Source: Candidatus Zhuqueibacterota bacterium (GTDB lineage: Bacteria; Zhuqueibacterota; Zhuqueibacteria; Thermofontimicrobiales; Thermofontimicrobiaceae). From it: DNA of 64,000 nt. The notes under the pieces are model-generated. The model ran no database searches and had not been told where the DNA came from. It saw nothing but the letters and a program-made list of their open reading frames with translations. The stretch's first letter is position 1. Every line of letters begins with the position of its first letter. The translations under genes were made by a program, and so were the position numbers. Location of the stretch: contig JBMOPW010000034.1 of NCBI GenBank assembly GCA_049322915.1, forward strand, positions 616,567 to 680,566, written 5' to 3'. This document shows, piece after piece, positions 49,116 through 59,041 of this stretch.

Positions 49116-50351
49116 ATGCGAATTCAGCGTATTTTGAATGAACTTTGTATTTTCAAACATCGGGCATCGGCATCGGAGAATGAACACAAAGCTGCACAAC
49201 ACATCAATCAACTCATGAGAAATCTTGGGCTTGTGGCCAGTCTGGATGCATTCAAATCCCAGCAGCGAATGACCTGGGAACTGGTGACCATCCTGTCATT
49301 TTTTCTCATCGAGATCCTATTCTTTTTCTTTGCGCCTGTTGCTGCCCTTGTCTTTGGGCTGGCCGGTCTCCTGCTTTTCTGGGGATACTTCAGCACGGTA
49401 TTCCGGCCGCTGGGACCGCTATTCCAACGAGCGACATCCCACAATGTCGTGGGAAAGCTGCTGAATCCCGAAGCTTCGTTCAGAATCATCTTCACAGCCC
49501 ATTACGATACTGCCCGCTCCGGGCCGCTGTGGAATCCAAAAACTGTCTCCAATTTCCGCTTCAACTTCCTGTTGGGTTTCTTTCTGCTGGTGATCCTGCA
49601 AGGGGTGGTCGCGCTCCGCATCGCCTCCATCGAATTCATCGGATTGGCCATCTACGCTGTCCTTGCGGGATTGCATGTGCTCGGACAAATTGCGCTGTTA
49701 ATCTACGCCGGACTGAAGGGGGAGTTGGTACAGGGCGCCTCGGACAATGCCTCCGGCGTCGCGGTGATGCTGAATCTGGCCTCTGAGTTGAAACAGGCGC
49801 CGCATCGCGATATTGAATTCTGGTTCGTCGCCACAGGCAGCGAGGAAGTGGGCGCGCTGGGCATGACCGATTTTATGAAGACATACGGCGAAGACATGGA
49901 GCCGAATAACACCTACTTCATTAATTTCGACAATATCGGCAAGGGGAATCTCCACTATTACACGGGCGAGGGCATGCTCAATGTGGTCCGATTTTCCGGC
50001 GACCTCATCGCTGCGGCCAAAAAAGCGACACAGCTCAAGGAATTCAGATCTGTGACGCCGTCGAAATATACGCTGGCCTATACCGACGCCATCATCCCGG
50101 CGAGCCGCGGATGGCAGGCGCTGCTGCTGCTGGCCACCGACGACTTCGGCCGAATTCCCAACTGGCATTGGCCCTCAGACACCATTGAACAAATCGATTT
50201 TGACGTGCCCCGGCTGGCCTCACATTTCACATTAGAATTGCTGCGCAACCTGGAACCTATTCTTGAACAGAAGCGCAAGGTCGAAGATGAAAAAATGAAG
50301 CAGCTCCAGAAGGACATTGCCAACTCGAGCGAAATCAACGGCGACGCTTAA
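49116..50351 (+). CDS. Membrane-bound M28 family metallopeptidase
   Basis: AHYD, GASDNASG, SEEVG, NFDNIG, WH..SD; two pairs of TM helices. Confidence 0.85.
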   Translation: MRIQRILNELCIFKHRASASENEHKAAQHINQLMRNLGLVASLDAFKSQQRMTWELVTILSFFLIEILFFFFAPVAALVFGLAGLLLFWGYFSTVFRPLGPLFQRATSHNVVGKLLNPEASFRIIFTAHYDTARSGPLWNPKTVSNFRFNFLLGFFLLVILQGVVALRIASIEFIGLAIYAVLAGLHVLGQIALLIYAGLKGELVQGASDNASGVAVMLNLASELKQAPHRDIEFWFVATGSEEVGALGMTDFMKTYGEDMEPNNTYFINFDNIGKGNLHYYTGEGMLNVVRFSGDLIAAAKKATQLKEFRSVTPSKYTLAYTDAIIPASRGWQALLLLATDDFGRIPNWHWPSDTIEQIDFDVPRLASHFTLELLRNLEPILEQKRKVEDEKMKQLQKDIANSSEINGDA

Positions 50352-50385
50352 ATCGTTACTCCCAAACCGCAATCGATTTTGATTC

Positions 50386-50630
50386 GTGCAAACGTTCGGG
50401 CTGATGATCGGCTACACATCGAAAAAATCGTGGGTACTCGGCGGCGGACTGATTCCCTGCACCGGTGTTGAACGGGTCGTTATCGCTGTCGCCCTGGAAA
50501 TTGGCATCATCGATGCGCGGTTATTCGCATCCATCGTGGCAGTGGTGGCCGTTACAGTTCTCATCACGCCTTTTTCATGAAGTTCACCATTACCAGACTT
50601 GAATTAAAAGCCAACGAATCAAAAGCCTGA
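50386..50630 (+). pseudogene. C-terminal remnant of a CPA2-type cation:proton antiporter
   Basis: LGGGLIPCTGVERVVIAVALEIGIIDARLFASIVAVVAVTVLITP resembles the last two TM helices; one extra T at ~50575 would extend the frame to MKFTITRLELKANESKA*. Confidence 0.55.
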
Positions 50631-50706
50631 TTCGGCGAGCAGAGCAGTAGACCAATGCCGGCATCGCCGAATCCGGGGTCATTTCATTCAACACAGAGGT
50701 ATCACG

Positions 50707-51810
50707 ATGAAAACCTATCGATTGCCGCTATTGCCCGGTCCCACCACAGTTCATCAGGAAGTTCTCAATGCTTATCACACCGACTACGGCTCAGCCGATG
50801 TGGAACCTGAGTTTTTCGAACTGTACGAGGCGACTCAGGCCAATTTGCAGAAAATTATGCGCACCAAAAATAAAATCGCGCTGATGAACGGCGAGGCCAT
50901 GGTGACGCTGTGGGGCGCTCTGAAATCCTGCCTCCAGCCTGGCGACCGCGTGTTGGCCATTGCCACTGGTGTTTATGGCTACGGCATCGGCGAGATGGCG
51001 CGCGCGCTCGGTTGTCAAGTCGAGACCGTGGGTTTCAATCACGACGAGGCGGCTGACCCCGATCGCGTGGAAGCAGCCCTGAAAATATTTCAGCCTAAAA
51101 TGGTGACAATGGTGCACTGCGAGACGCCGTCCGGCATACTGAACCCGGCGGCGGAAGTCGGCCAGTTGGTGAAAAGATATGCCGTGCCCCTGTATTACGT
51201 GGATGCGGTGTCCAGCGTGGCCGGCGCGGACGTGAACACCGATGCCTGGGGCATTGACCTCTGTCTGGCCGGTACTCAGAAATGTCTGTCAGCGCCGCCG
51301 GATGTGGGCATCGTTTCTGTGAGCGAATCCGCGTGGGACATCATTCGTCGGGTGAATTATCAGGGCTACGATGCGCTGGCGCCGTGGGAACGCGCGCTGT
51401 CCAACCGATGGTTCCCCTACACACTGTCCTGGCATTCCACGGCTGCGCTGAATACAGCGTGCACGCTCATATTGAGTGAAGGACTGGACCGCGTGTTCCA
51501 GCGCCATCGGGACGTTGCGGATTACTGCCGCACACGGTTGAAAGAAATGCAATTGCACCTGTTCCCGGTGGACGAAGGCAGTTCATCTCCGACCGTCACT
51601 GCGGTGAAAATGCCGGGCAATATTGACTGGTTCACGCTGGATGGCAAATTGCGGTCGCGCGGTCTGGCTTTGGGAAACTCGCTGGAACAGTTGTCCGGCA
51701 AGGTTTTTCGCATCGGCCACATGGGGCAGCAGGCCAATTTCGAATTGGTGGAACACGGCATGGATATTCTGGAATATATTTTGTTGCTTCATCATTGCCC
51801 GATGGCTTGA
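50707..51810 (+). CDS. Class V PLP aminotransferase (alanine/serine-glyoxylate type)
   Basis: LLPGPT, VHCETPSG, VDAVSS, GTQKCL, FRIGHMG. Confidence 0.9.
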   Translation: MKTYRLPLLPGPTTVHQEVLNAYHTDYGSADVEPEFFELYEATQANLQKIMRTKNKIALMNGEAMVTLWGALKSCLQPGDRVLAIATGVYGYGIGEMARALGCQVETVGFNHDEAADPDRVEAALKIFQPKMVTMVHCETPSGILNPAAEVGQLVKRYAVPLYYVDAVSSVAGADVNTDAWGIDLCLAGTQKCLSAPPDVGIVSVSESAWDIIRRVNYQGYDALAPWERALSNRWFPYTLSWHSTAALNTACTLILSEGLDRVFQRHRDVADYCRTRLKEMQLHLFPVDEGSSSPTVTAVKMPGNIDWFTLDGKLRSRGLALGNSLEQLSGKVFRIGHMGQQANFELVEHGMDILEYILLLHHCPMA

Positions 51811-51879
51811 GGATGACACACAAATTCTGACGTGGTCATCGGACAGACTTATGTGATTCGTGTTTGTCCGGATACTGCT

Positions 51880-52014
51880 AATATGAATGACCAGTTGAAA
51901 GCATGTGCAATAAATTCGATACTTTTTGTATTGGTAGTGGACGGTCGCGACCCTCCACTACGCGTATGTCCAATAATTATATAGGCGTCAAAATATATAA
52001 TGGTCATTCATATT
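51880..52014. repeat. Element with perfect 14-bp inverted repeats enclosing a GTAG-type REP-like palindrome
   Basis: AATATGAATGACCA / TGGTCATTCATATT; internal GTAGTGGACGGTCGCGACCCTCCACTAC (51934-51961). Confidence 0.7.
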
Positions 52015-52079
52015 GCTAATATTGACCTCACACCAGCACTGTCCTAACAGGCTAATCCTTAGCCATAAGTTGGGGGATA

Positions 52080-52187
52080 TTAACCCTACAACGTCATTTA
52101 GTAAATTTATCACACTATGTTGAGTTTTTCATCTATCAAAAATACAATATACAACGATAATAAATCTATGTGACATAGCAGGGTTAA
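52080..52187. repeat. AT-rich element with 17-bp imperfect inverted repeats
   Basis: TTAACCCTACAACGTCA vs reverse complement TTAACCCTGCTATGTCA (14/17). Confidence 0.5.
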
Positions 52188-52199
52188 CACATCAAATGG

Positions 52200-52412
52200 A
52201 ACGCAGAGGTCGCGAAGGGCGCAGAGAAAAGACCAGCGTTGAATTGGACTGAGTGATTTTAAAATTTTCAATCAACCAATGAAAATCATGTTCACCCATA
52301 GTCACAGAAGACCAGAATAACCAGGAAAATACCTGGTTTCATAAGGTTGCAAACAGCTTTTTTTCAACACCAAAGCGCTGCGGACCTCTGCGGTCTCTGC
52401 GACCTCTGCGTT
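52200..52412. repeat. Element bounded by inverted CGCAGAG ~9-bp-period repeats
   Basis: AACGCAGAGGTCGC (52200) / GCGACCTCTGCGTT (52399-52412) perfect 14 bp, with further CGCAGAG/CTCTGCG units inward. Confidence 0.75.
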
Positions 52413-52444
52413 AGAAAAGATATGGGTAAGAGTAAGCCTAATTC

Positions 52445-52602
52445 GTGTCTGTCCGGAAATTGACCCTCTCCTAAAAGGAGAGGTAGAATAGACGTTCCCC
52501 TTCTTGCCAGCAGGGTAAGAAGGATTTAGGGGATGAGGTCTGACGTAATGAAGTTTGAAAATTTCAACCCCATAGCTAATTTCAGTATTTTCGGACAGAC
52601 TC
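52445..52602. mobile_element. MITE-like element with 16-bp TIRs and 6-bp target-site duplication
   Basis: GTGTCTGTCCGGAAAT / ATTTTCGGACAGACTC (14/16), TAATTC on both sides; related end sequences at 51839-51872. Confidence 0.65.
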
Positions 52603-52644
52603 TAATTCGTCACACGCACAATAACTTCAAATTCCGGAGCACGA

Positions 52645-53202
52645 ATGAAACGCCACTTTTCAATTCTGAAACGGGAGTCCACCGGATTGCTCATCATCGA
52701 TATTCAGGAGCGCATCAGCGCCGTGATGAAATACCGCGACATGGTGCTGGAAAATACCGGCAAACTTATCCGCGGGTTCAACGTGTTGAATGTCCCGGTC
52801 TTTATCACAGAGCAATATCGTAAAGGGCTGGGCCCCACAGAGGCGCCTATTTTAGAAATTCTCAATCCTCCCGATATTGTTGATAAAATGACTTTTAGTT
52901 GCTGCGCAACGCCGGCGCTCATGGACCGGCTTCAGCGGAAGAACATCCGGCAGATCGTCGTTTGCGGCATCGAAACCCATGTCTGCGTTCAACAGACCGT
53001 GCTGGACTTATTGGCCGGGGATTTCGGTGTCTACCTTGTCTGCGACGCAGTGTCATCGCGCAAAGAAATGGATCACGAGACTGCCATCAACCGCATGCAG
53101 CAGGCAGGGGCCATCATCACCACCGCTGAATCGGTGCTCTTTGAATTGCTGGTTCAGGCCGGGACTGCGGAGTTCAAACAGATATCGCAGATTGTCAAGT
53201 GA
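52645..53202 (+). CDS. Isochorismatase-family cysteine hydrolase
   Basis: IIDIQE, TEQY..GLGPT, KMTFSC, GIETHVCV, DAVSSR. Confidence 0.9.
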   Translation: MKRHFSILKRESTGLLIIDIQERISAVMKYRDMVLENTGKLIRGFNVLNVPVFITEQYRKGLGPTEAPILEILNPPDIVDKMTFSCCATPALMDRLQRKNIRQIVVCGIETHVCVQQTVLDLLAGDFGVYLVCDAVSSRKEMDHETAINRMQQAGAIITTAESVLFELLVQAGTAEFKQISQIVK

Positions 53203-53345
53203 GAGTTTCCGCCTGCCGACCGAATGCATGGGCGTGGATTGGCTCGGACAGGTGAGGCGCTGCACGCGTGATTTAAACTGCAAGTAGTCTGCTTTTTCGC
53301 CCAACCGGGTGAGGGGAATTTTGTTGTCAAACAAAAGGGAAGCGC

Positions 53346-55178
53346 ATGAAAACAACATTTCGAGAACGCCTGGCACAAAACGATGTGTTAGTGTGCGACG
53401 GGGCTATGGGCACCATGCTCTACGACAGAGGAATTTTCATCAACCGATGTTTCGACGAGCTCAACATCACAACTCCCAAAATGGTTCGGGATATCCATCG
53501 GCTGTACGTGGACAGCGGCGCCGACATCATTGAGACCAACACGTTTGGCGCGAACCGGTTCAAATTAGCGCCCCATGGATTGGAGACAAAATTATATAAA
53601 ATAAATTACATCGGCGCGCGCATCGCCAGAGAAATTGCCAGCAATCAGGTACTGGTGGCCGGATCCATCGGGCCATTAGGCCTTTCCATTGAGCCATTAG
53701 GCCCGGTCTCAAGCGCTGACGCGTTCAATGCCTATGTAGAACAAGCGCTGCCGCTGTGCGAAGGCGATGTCGATCTGATCCTGCTTGAAACATTCAGCGA
53801 TGTCGTGATGATTCACATCGCGATTAAAGCGGTGCGCTCGCTCACGGACAAGCCCATCATTGCATCCATGTCATTCACCGAAGGGCAGGAGACGGTGTAC
53901 GGCATGAGTCCGGCCAATGTCGCCCAGGCGCTGGATGCGGAGGACATCGACGTGATCGGTGTGAATTGTAGCACCGGGCCGCAACCAATTCTTGAGGCCA
54001 TTCAGCAGATGATCCCCCATTCGCGGAAGAAATTCTCCGCCATGCCCAATGCCGGAGCGCCTCGAATGATCGATGGCCGATTATTTTACATGTCGTCCCC
54101 TGAATATTTCGCCGAATATGCCAAACGATTCATCCAATCCGGGGTGAGCATAGTCGGTGGCTGCTGCGGTACAACGCCGGACCACATCCGCGCCATCAAA
54201 GCCGCGGTGAAAGCGCTGCAACCGGCGCGCACCGTCGAGCCAGTGATAGTACCAAAAGTCACGCTACCGAAACATGAACACAAAGCGACGCGGCAACTGT
54301 CGCCGTTAGCGCAAAAACTCACCGCGCACAATTTCATTACCTGCATCGAAATGACACCGCCGCGCAGCACCGATGTTTCCAAAGCCATTGCCGGAGCGGA
54401 AATGATCAAGGCCGCTGGCGTCGACGCCGTGAATATTCCCGATGGCCCCCGCGCCAGCGCGCGAATCAGTCCACTGGCGCTGGCCGTACTCATCGAAAAA
54501 CAGGTGGGCATCGATACCATTCTGCATTACACCTGCCGCGATCGAAATATTCTCGGCATGCAGTCCGATCTGCTCGGTGCGGCGGCCCTGGGATTGAAAA
54601 ATATTCTCATCGTGACCGGCGATCCTCCCAAGTTGGGCGATTATCCCACAGCCACAGCGGTATTCAATGTCGATTCCATCGGGCTGATGCACATCGCCAA
54701 TAATTTGAACCAGAGCCTCGATATTGTCGGCAACCCATTGGGCGCTGGCACATCGTTTTACCTGGGCGTGGGGGCCAATCCCGGCGCGATCAATTATAAA
54801 GAGGAAATGGATCGACTGCGCCAGAAAGTCGAAGCCGGAGCTGAGTTTGTATTGACCCAGCCGATTTTTGACCACGATAAATTTCTTCAATTTCTTGATG
54901 ATGCGGCTGTTCATGGCATTCCCATTGTCGGAGGCATTTTGCCATTGGCCAGCTTCCGCAACGCCGAGTTCCTGCATAACGAGGTTCCGGGAATGTCCAT
55001 TCCGCTGAACCTGCGCTCGCGAATGCAGAACGCCAAAGACAGTGATGACGCCAGGAATATCGGTATTGAAATTGCCCGGGAAATGCTATTGCAAATAAAG
55101 GACCTGGTGCGAGGCGTCTATCTCATGCCTCCTTTTGGCAGATACGATACGGCGCTCAAGGTGCTGGAAGTGCTGTGA
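53346..55178 (+). CDS. yitJ: Bifunctional homocysteine S-methyltransferase / methylenetetrahydrofolate reductase (YitJ-like)
   Basis: [31 protein letters not shown]-terminal MTHFR ([25 protein letters not shown]). Confidence 0.9.
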   Translation: MKTTFRERLAQNDVLVCDGAMGTMLYDRGIFINRCFDELNITTPKMVRDIHRLYVDSGADIIETNTFGANRFKLAPHGLETKLYKINYIGARIAREIASNQVLVAGSIGPLGLSIEPLGPVSSADAFNAYVEQALPLCEGDVDLILLETFSDVVMIHIAIKAVRSLTDKPIIASMSFTEGQETVYGMSPANVAQALDAEDIDVIGVNCSTGPQPILEAIQQMIPHSRKKFSAMPNAGAPRMIDGRLFYMSSPEYFAEYAKRFIQSGVSIVGGCCGTTPDHIRAIKAAVKALQPARTVEPVIVPKVTLPKHEHKATRQLSPLAQKLTAHNFITCIEMTPPRSTDVSKAIAGAEMIKAAGVDAVNIPDGPRASARISPLALAVLIEKQVGIDTILHYTCRDRNILGMQSDLLGAAALGLKNILIVTGDPPKLGDYPTATAVFNVDSIGLMHIANNLNQSLDIVGNPLGAGTSFYLGVGANPGAINYKEEMDRLRQKVEAGAEFVLTQPIFDHDKFLQFLDDAAVHGIPIVGGILPLASFRNAEFLHNEVPGMSIPLNLRSRMQNAKDSDDARNIGIEIAREMLLQIKDLVRGVYLMPPFGRYDTALKVLEVL

Positions 55179-55434
55179 CAGGGCAAGGTTTTTGCCCACA
55201 CGAGCAGTGCATTGGAAGTGTCGAAAAGGGCATGCGGCTGCGCTCCGTTCGGACAGACTGGCCCGCATCAGCCGTACGGCGGAAATGTGGACACCGATAT
55301 GACATTCGATCCCCGGCTTTATTTTGTCGTGGGCGTCGCGCTTTGATTTATTGACGCTTCGTGAGTACATGCGGTGTTAGCGAACGCGTCCAGCATCTTT
55401 TTTTTCGGCTGGCCATTGAAAGAGCCTGAAATTA

Positions 55435-55467
55435 AAAAAGCCCGAAACTGTACGTTTCGAGCTTTTT
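55435..55467. terminator. Intrinsic terminator (clpC; probably bidirectional)
   Basis: AAAAAGCCCGAAAC-5nt-GTTTCGAGCTTTTT between convergent genes. Confidence 0.8.
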
Positions 55468-55517
55468 CATTTTTATGAAGATCACTGTTTATCAATTGAC
55501 GAGCGAATATTTTTCAA

Positions 55518-57992
55518 TCAGATTTCGAGACCATTGGTCGTGTCGTCTTCCTCATCAACCGAGTGCGCCTGCTTCTGATGCTCTGAGAAGACCAGGGCGT
55601 CGCCTTTCTTCTTGACCTGAATTCGGCTGCCGTCCGAAAAGTTGCCTTTCAGGATTTCCTCGGCAATGGGGTCTTCCACATATCGTTGAATGGTTCGCTT
55701 CAGCGGTCGCGCGCCGAACACCGGATCAAAACCTTTGTCAGCGATGAACTCTCTGGCGCCTTTGGTCAAATTGATTTGAATATCGCGTTCCGCAACTTTG
55801 GCCAGCATTTCATCAATGACAATGTCCACTATCTTGACCATATCTTCCCGATTCAAATGGCGGAATACAACCACTTCATCGACGCGATTGAGGAATTCCG
55901 GGTTGAACAATTTCTTCACTTCATCCAGGATGCGATTTTTCATGGAATTGTAATCGCTCTGTTCATCACCTTTGGAAAAACCAATACCGCCGCCGTGTTT
56001 TATCTGGCGGGCGCCGAGATTGGACGTCAAAATCAGGATGGTGTTTTTGAAATCGATTTTACGACCGAGACTATCGGTCACGCGGCCTTCATCTAAAATC
56101 TGAAGCAGAATGTTGAACACATCCGGATGGGCTTTTTCGATCTCATCGAACAGCACGACGGAATAGGGATGGCGCCGGACTTTCTCGGTCAATTGTCCGC
56201 CTTCCTCGTACCCCACATATCCTGGAGGCGCACCGATCAACCGTGACACCGCGAATTTTTCCATGTATTCCGACATATCAATTCGGATGAGCGAATCCTG
56301 ATCTTCGAACAAATAGTTTGCCAGTTCTTTGGCCAACTGCGTTTTACCGACGCCGGTTGGTCCCAGGAAGATGAAGGAACCGATGGGTCGATTGGGATCT
56401 TTCAATCCGGCGCGCGTGCGGTGAATCGCCTTGGACAGCATATTGATGACTATCTCCTGTCCGATGATCCGCTTTTTCAGTTCCTCTTCCATGCCCAGCA
56501 ATTTTTCGGATTCGGACTGAGCCACCTTTTTCACCGGGATGCTCGTCATCATGGAGACAACTTCAGCGATGTCCGCCTCTCTCACCGTGGCGACATTATG
56601 AACTTCCGTCTCCTGCCAGCGCTTTTTCGCCGCTTCCAGGCGACGCGCCAACTTTTTCTCCTGATCCCGAAAAATGGCCGCCTGCTCAAATTCCTGAGCC
56701 TTGATCACCGAGTCTTTTTTCTCGCGGATGCTTTTTATCTTTTCTTCAAGCTGCAAAATCTCTTCTGGCACAACAATGTTTGCCAGATGCACCATGGCGC
56801 CGGTTTCGTCCAGGACATCAATGGCCTTGTCCGGCAAATATTTATCAGTGATATATCGCTCGGACAGCTTTACCGCCGCATTGATCGCCGCCTGATCGAA
56901 AATCACCTGATGATGCTCTTCGTAGCGCTGCTTCAGACCATCGAGGATGCGAATGGTTTCATCGGCTGAAGGTGGGTCGACCATGATTTTCTGGAATCGA
57001 CGCTCCAGTGCTCCGTCCTTTTCAATGTACTGACGGAACTCATCCAGCGTGGTTGCGCCAATGCACTGCAACTCCCCGCGGGCCAGCGCCGGCTTGAACA
57101 TATTGGACGCATCCAGCGAACCGGACGCGCCGCCAGCCCCGACGATGGTGTGCAATTCATCAATGAACAGGATGACGTCCTTCACGCGCACCAGTTCGTT
57201 CATGATAGCCTTCATCCGTTCTTCAAATTGGCCGCGGTATTTTGTCCCGGCCACAATCGCGCCGAGATCCAGCGTGACCACCCGCTTGTTGTGCAACACG
57301 CGGGGCACCTGTTTGGCGATGATGCGCAGGGCCAGACCTTCGGCAATGGCTGTTTTACCCACACCGGGCTCGCCGATGAGCACAGGATTATTCTTCTTGC
57401 GACGGCTCAGAATTTGCGCCACCCGTTGAATTTCCTCGTCGCGGCCAATGATGGGATCAAGCTCATCCTTTCGAGCCAGTTCCGTCAGGTCGCGGCCGAA
57501 ATGATCCAGCGCCGGCGTTTTGGATCGCTTTTGCCCACCCTCTTTGATGGTCGGCGTGCCGCGCAGAATATTTTCCAGTTCCTCGCGGATGATATCATAC
57601 GTCACATCGAAGGACAGCAGTACCTGCGCCGCAACTCCCTCGCGTTCTTTGACCAGCGCCAGCAACAGATGCTCTGTTCCGGTCACATCCGATTTATATT
57701 TTTCAGCTTCCATGTAGGCCATTTTCAAAATCTTCTCTGCGCGTTTGGTCAATGGAATATCGCCTATAGTCATGGTATCGCCGGTAGTTTTAATGGCATC
57801 TTCAACCGCCTTCTTTATCTCATCCAGATCGCAGCCGAGATTTCTCAAAATTTCGATAGCAATACCCTCGCCCTCTCGCAGCAAGCCTAATAGCAGGTGT
57901 TCGGTGCCAATATAGTCATGCCCCAATCGTAACGCCTCTTCCCGTGAATATTGGATCACTATTTGAACACGACTTGAAAAATTTTTTTTCAT
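55518..57992 (-). CDS. clpC: ATP-dependent Clp protease ATP-binding subunit ClpC
   Basis: Two ClpN repeats (GTEHLLL), [11 protein letters not shown] motif ([10 protein letters not shown]), [11 protein letters not shown] loop. Confidence 0.96.
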   Translation of the reverse strand: MKKNFSSRVQIVIQYSREEALRLGHDYIGTEHLLLGLLREGEGIAIEILRNLGCDLDEIKKAVEDAIKTTGDTMTIGDIPLTKRAEKILKMAYMEAEKYKSDVTGTEHLLLALVKEREGVAAQVLLSFDVTYDIIREELENILRGTPTIKEGGQKRSKTPALDHFGRDLTELARKDELDPIIGRDEEIQRVAQILSRRKKNNPVLIGEPGVGKTAIAEGLALRIIAKQVPRVLHNKRVVTLDLGAIVAGTKYRGQFEERMKAIMNELVRVKDVILFIDELHTIVGAGGASGSLDASNMFKPALARGELQCIGATTLDEFRQYIEKDGALERRFQKIMVDPPSADETIRILDGLKQRYEEHHQVIFDQAAINAAVKLSERYITDKYLPDKAIDVLDETGAMVHLANIVVPEEILQLEEKIKSIREKKDSVIKAQEFEQAAIFRDQEKKLARRLEAAKKRWQETEVHNVATVREADIAEVVSMMTSIPVKKVAQSESEKLLGMEEELKKRIIGQEIVINMLSKAIHRTRAGLKDPNRPIGSFIFLGPTGVGKTQLAKELANYLFEDQDSLIRIDMSEYMEKFAVSRLIGAPPGYVGYEEGGQLTEKVRRHPYSVVLFDEIEKAHPDVFNILLQILDEGRVTDSLGRKIDFKNTILILTSNLGARQIKHGGGIGFSKGDEQSDYNSMKNRILDEVKKLFNPEFLNRVDEVVVFRHLNREDMVKIVDIVIDEMLAKVAERDIQINLTKGAREFIADKGFDPVFGARPLKRTIQRYVEDPIAEEILKGNFSDGSRIQVKKKGDALVFSEHQKQAHSVDEEDDTTNGLEI

Positions 57993-58322
57993 TACTGTTT
58001 TCTCCCTAAAGGCTATGTATAAAAAAATTCATACCCTTATACCCAATTATTTGCTCGAATTAAACATACTAAAATATTTCTTAAAATTCAACCTCTTTCT
58101 TACTAATTTTCGTATGCCAGACCTATGTGAATTTTAAGTTCTCCGCCTGAAATCGGTTGTCTCTTTCCCGCCTCGCCGGCGGACTGACTTCTGAGGTACT
58201 TCTTCATTTTGAATTTACATTCGAAGAATAGATATATCTTTTATTATCGGAAAAATGGTCATCAAATGAAGTGATTTTTCTGAAAATCATTTAAAAAAAA
58301 CCAGCATGCCCCGGAACTACGC

Positions 58323-59036
58323 TCAATCTTCAGATGCCATGCTATTCCGCCGATTGCTTTTCACGCGGCCATCGAATAGTTCAATGACCCGATGCGCCTG
58401 TTCGGCCAATTCGTGATTGTGCGTCACAATGACCAGCGTCTGATTGAACTCACGATTCAATTTCCAGAAAAGCTGGTGCAGCGATTCAGCCGATTGCCGA
58501 TCCAGGTTGCCCGATGGCTCATCCGCCAGAATCAGTTTGGGGGAATTGATGAGCGAGCGCGCTACGGCCACGCGCTGTTGCTCGCCGCCGGAGAGCTCAT
58601 TGGGACGGTGATCCAGGCGATCGGCCAGATTGACATGGCCCAACAACTCTATGGCCCTGGTTCGAACCTGATCGAGATTCTGCCCGGCCATCATCCCGGG
58701 AATCATCACATTTTCCAACGCTGAAAACTCAGGCAGAAGATGATGGAATTGGAAAACGAATCCCACAGTCTTGTTTCGGAATTCCGCCAGTCGCTTGTCA
58801 CTGAACGAAAAAATATCGGTGCTATCCACTTCCACGCGGCCGCTGGTCGGACGGTCCAACACGCCCAGAATATGCAGCAGCGTACTTTTGCCCACCCCGG
58901 AAGGTCCCATGACGGCAATAATTTCACCTTCGAAAATTTCCAGATCAATGCCTTTCAGTACCGGGACGACCGCTTTTCCGAGATAATAGTTTTTGTAAAG
59001 ATTGTCCGTCAGGACTAAAATTTTATTATTGACCAT
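58323..59036 (-). CDS. lolD: Lipoprotein-releasing ABC transporter ATP-binding protein
   Basis: GPSGVGKS, GFVFQFHHLLPEF, LSGGEQQR, ADEPSGNLD; follows lolE. Confidence 0.88.
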   Translation of the reverse strand: MVNNKILVLTDNLYKNYYLGKAVVPVLKGIDLEIFEGEIIAVMGPSGVGKSTLLHILGVLDRPTSGRVEVDSTDIFSFSDKRLAEFRNKTVGFVFQFHHLLPEFSALENVMIPGMMAGQNLDQVRTRAIELLGHVNLADRLDHRPNELSGGEQQRVAVARSLINSPKLILADEPSGNLDRQSAESLHQLFWKLNREFNQTLVIVTHNHELAEQAHRVIELFDGRVKSNRRNSMASED

Positions 59037-59041
59037 GTGTC

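Noticed and set aside
53203..53345. SAM riboswitch upstream of yitJ
   Set aside because: No SAM-I core (ATC..GAG..GAGGGA..GGCCC..GCAACC) recognisable
58103..58119. Sigma54 promoter upstream of clpC (TGGCATACGAAAATT)
   Set aside because: The -24 element is present but there is no TTGC at -12
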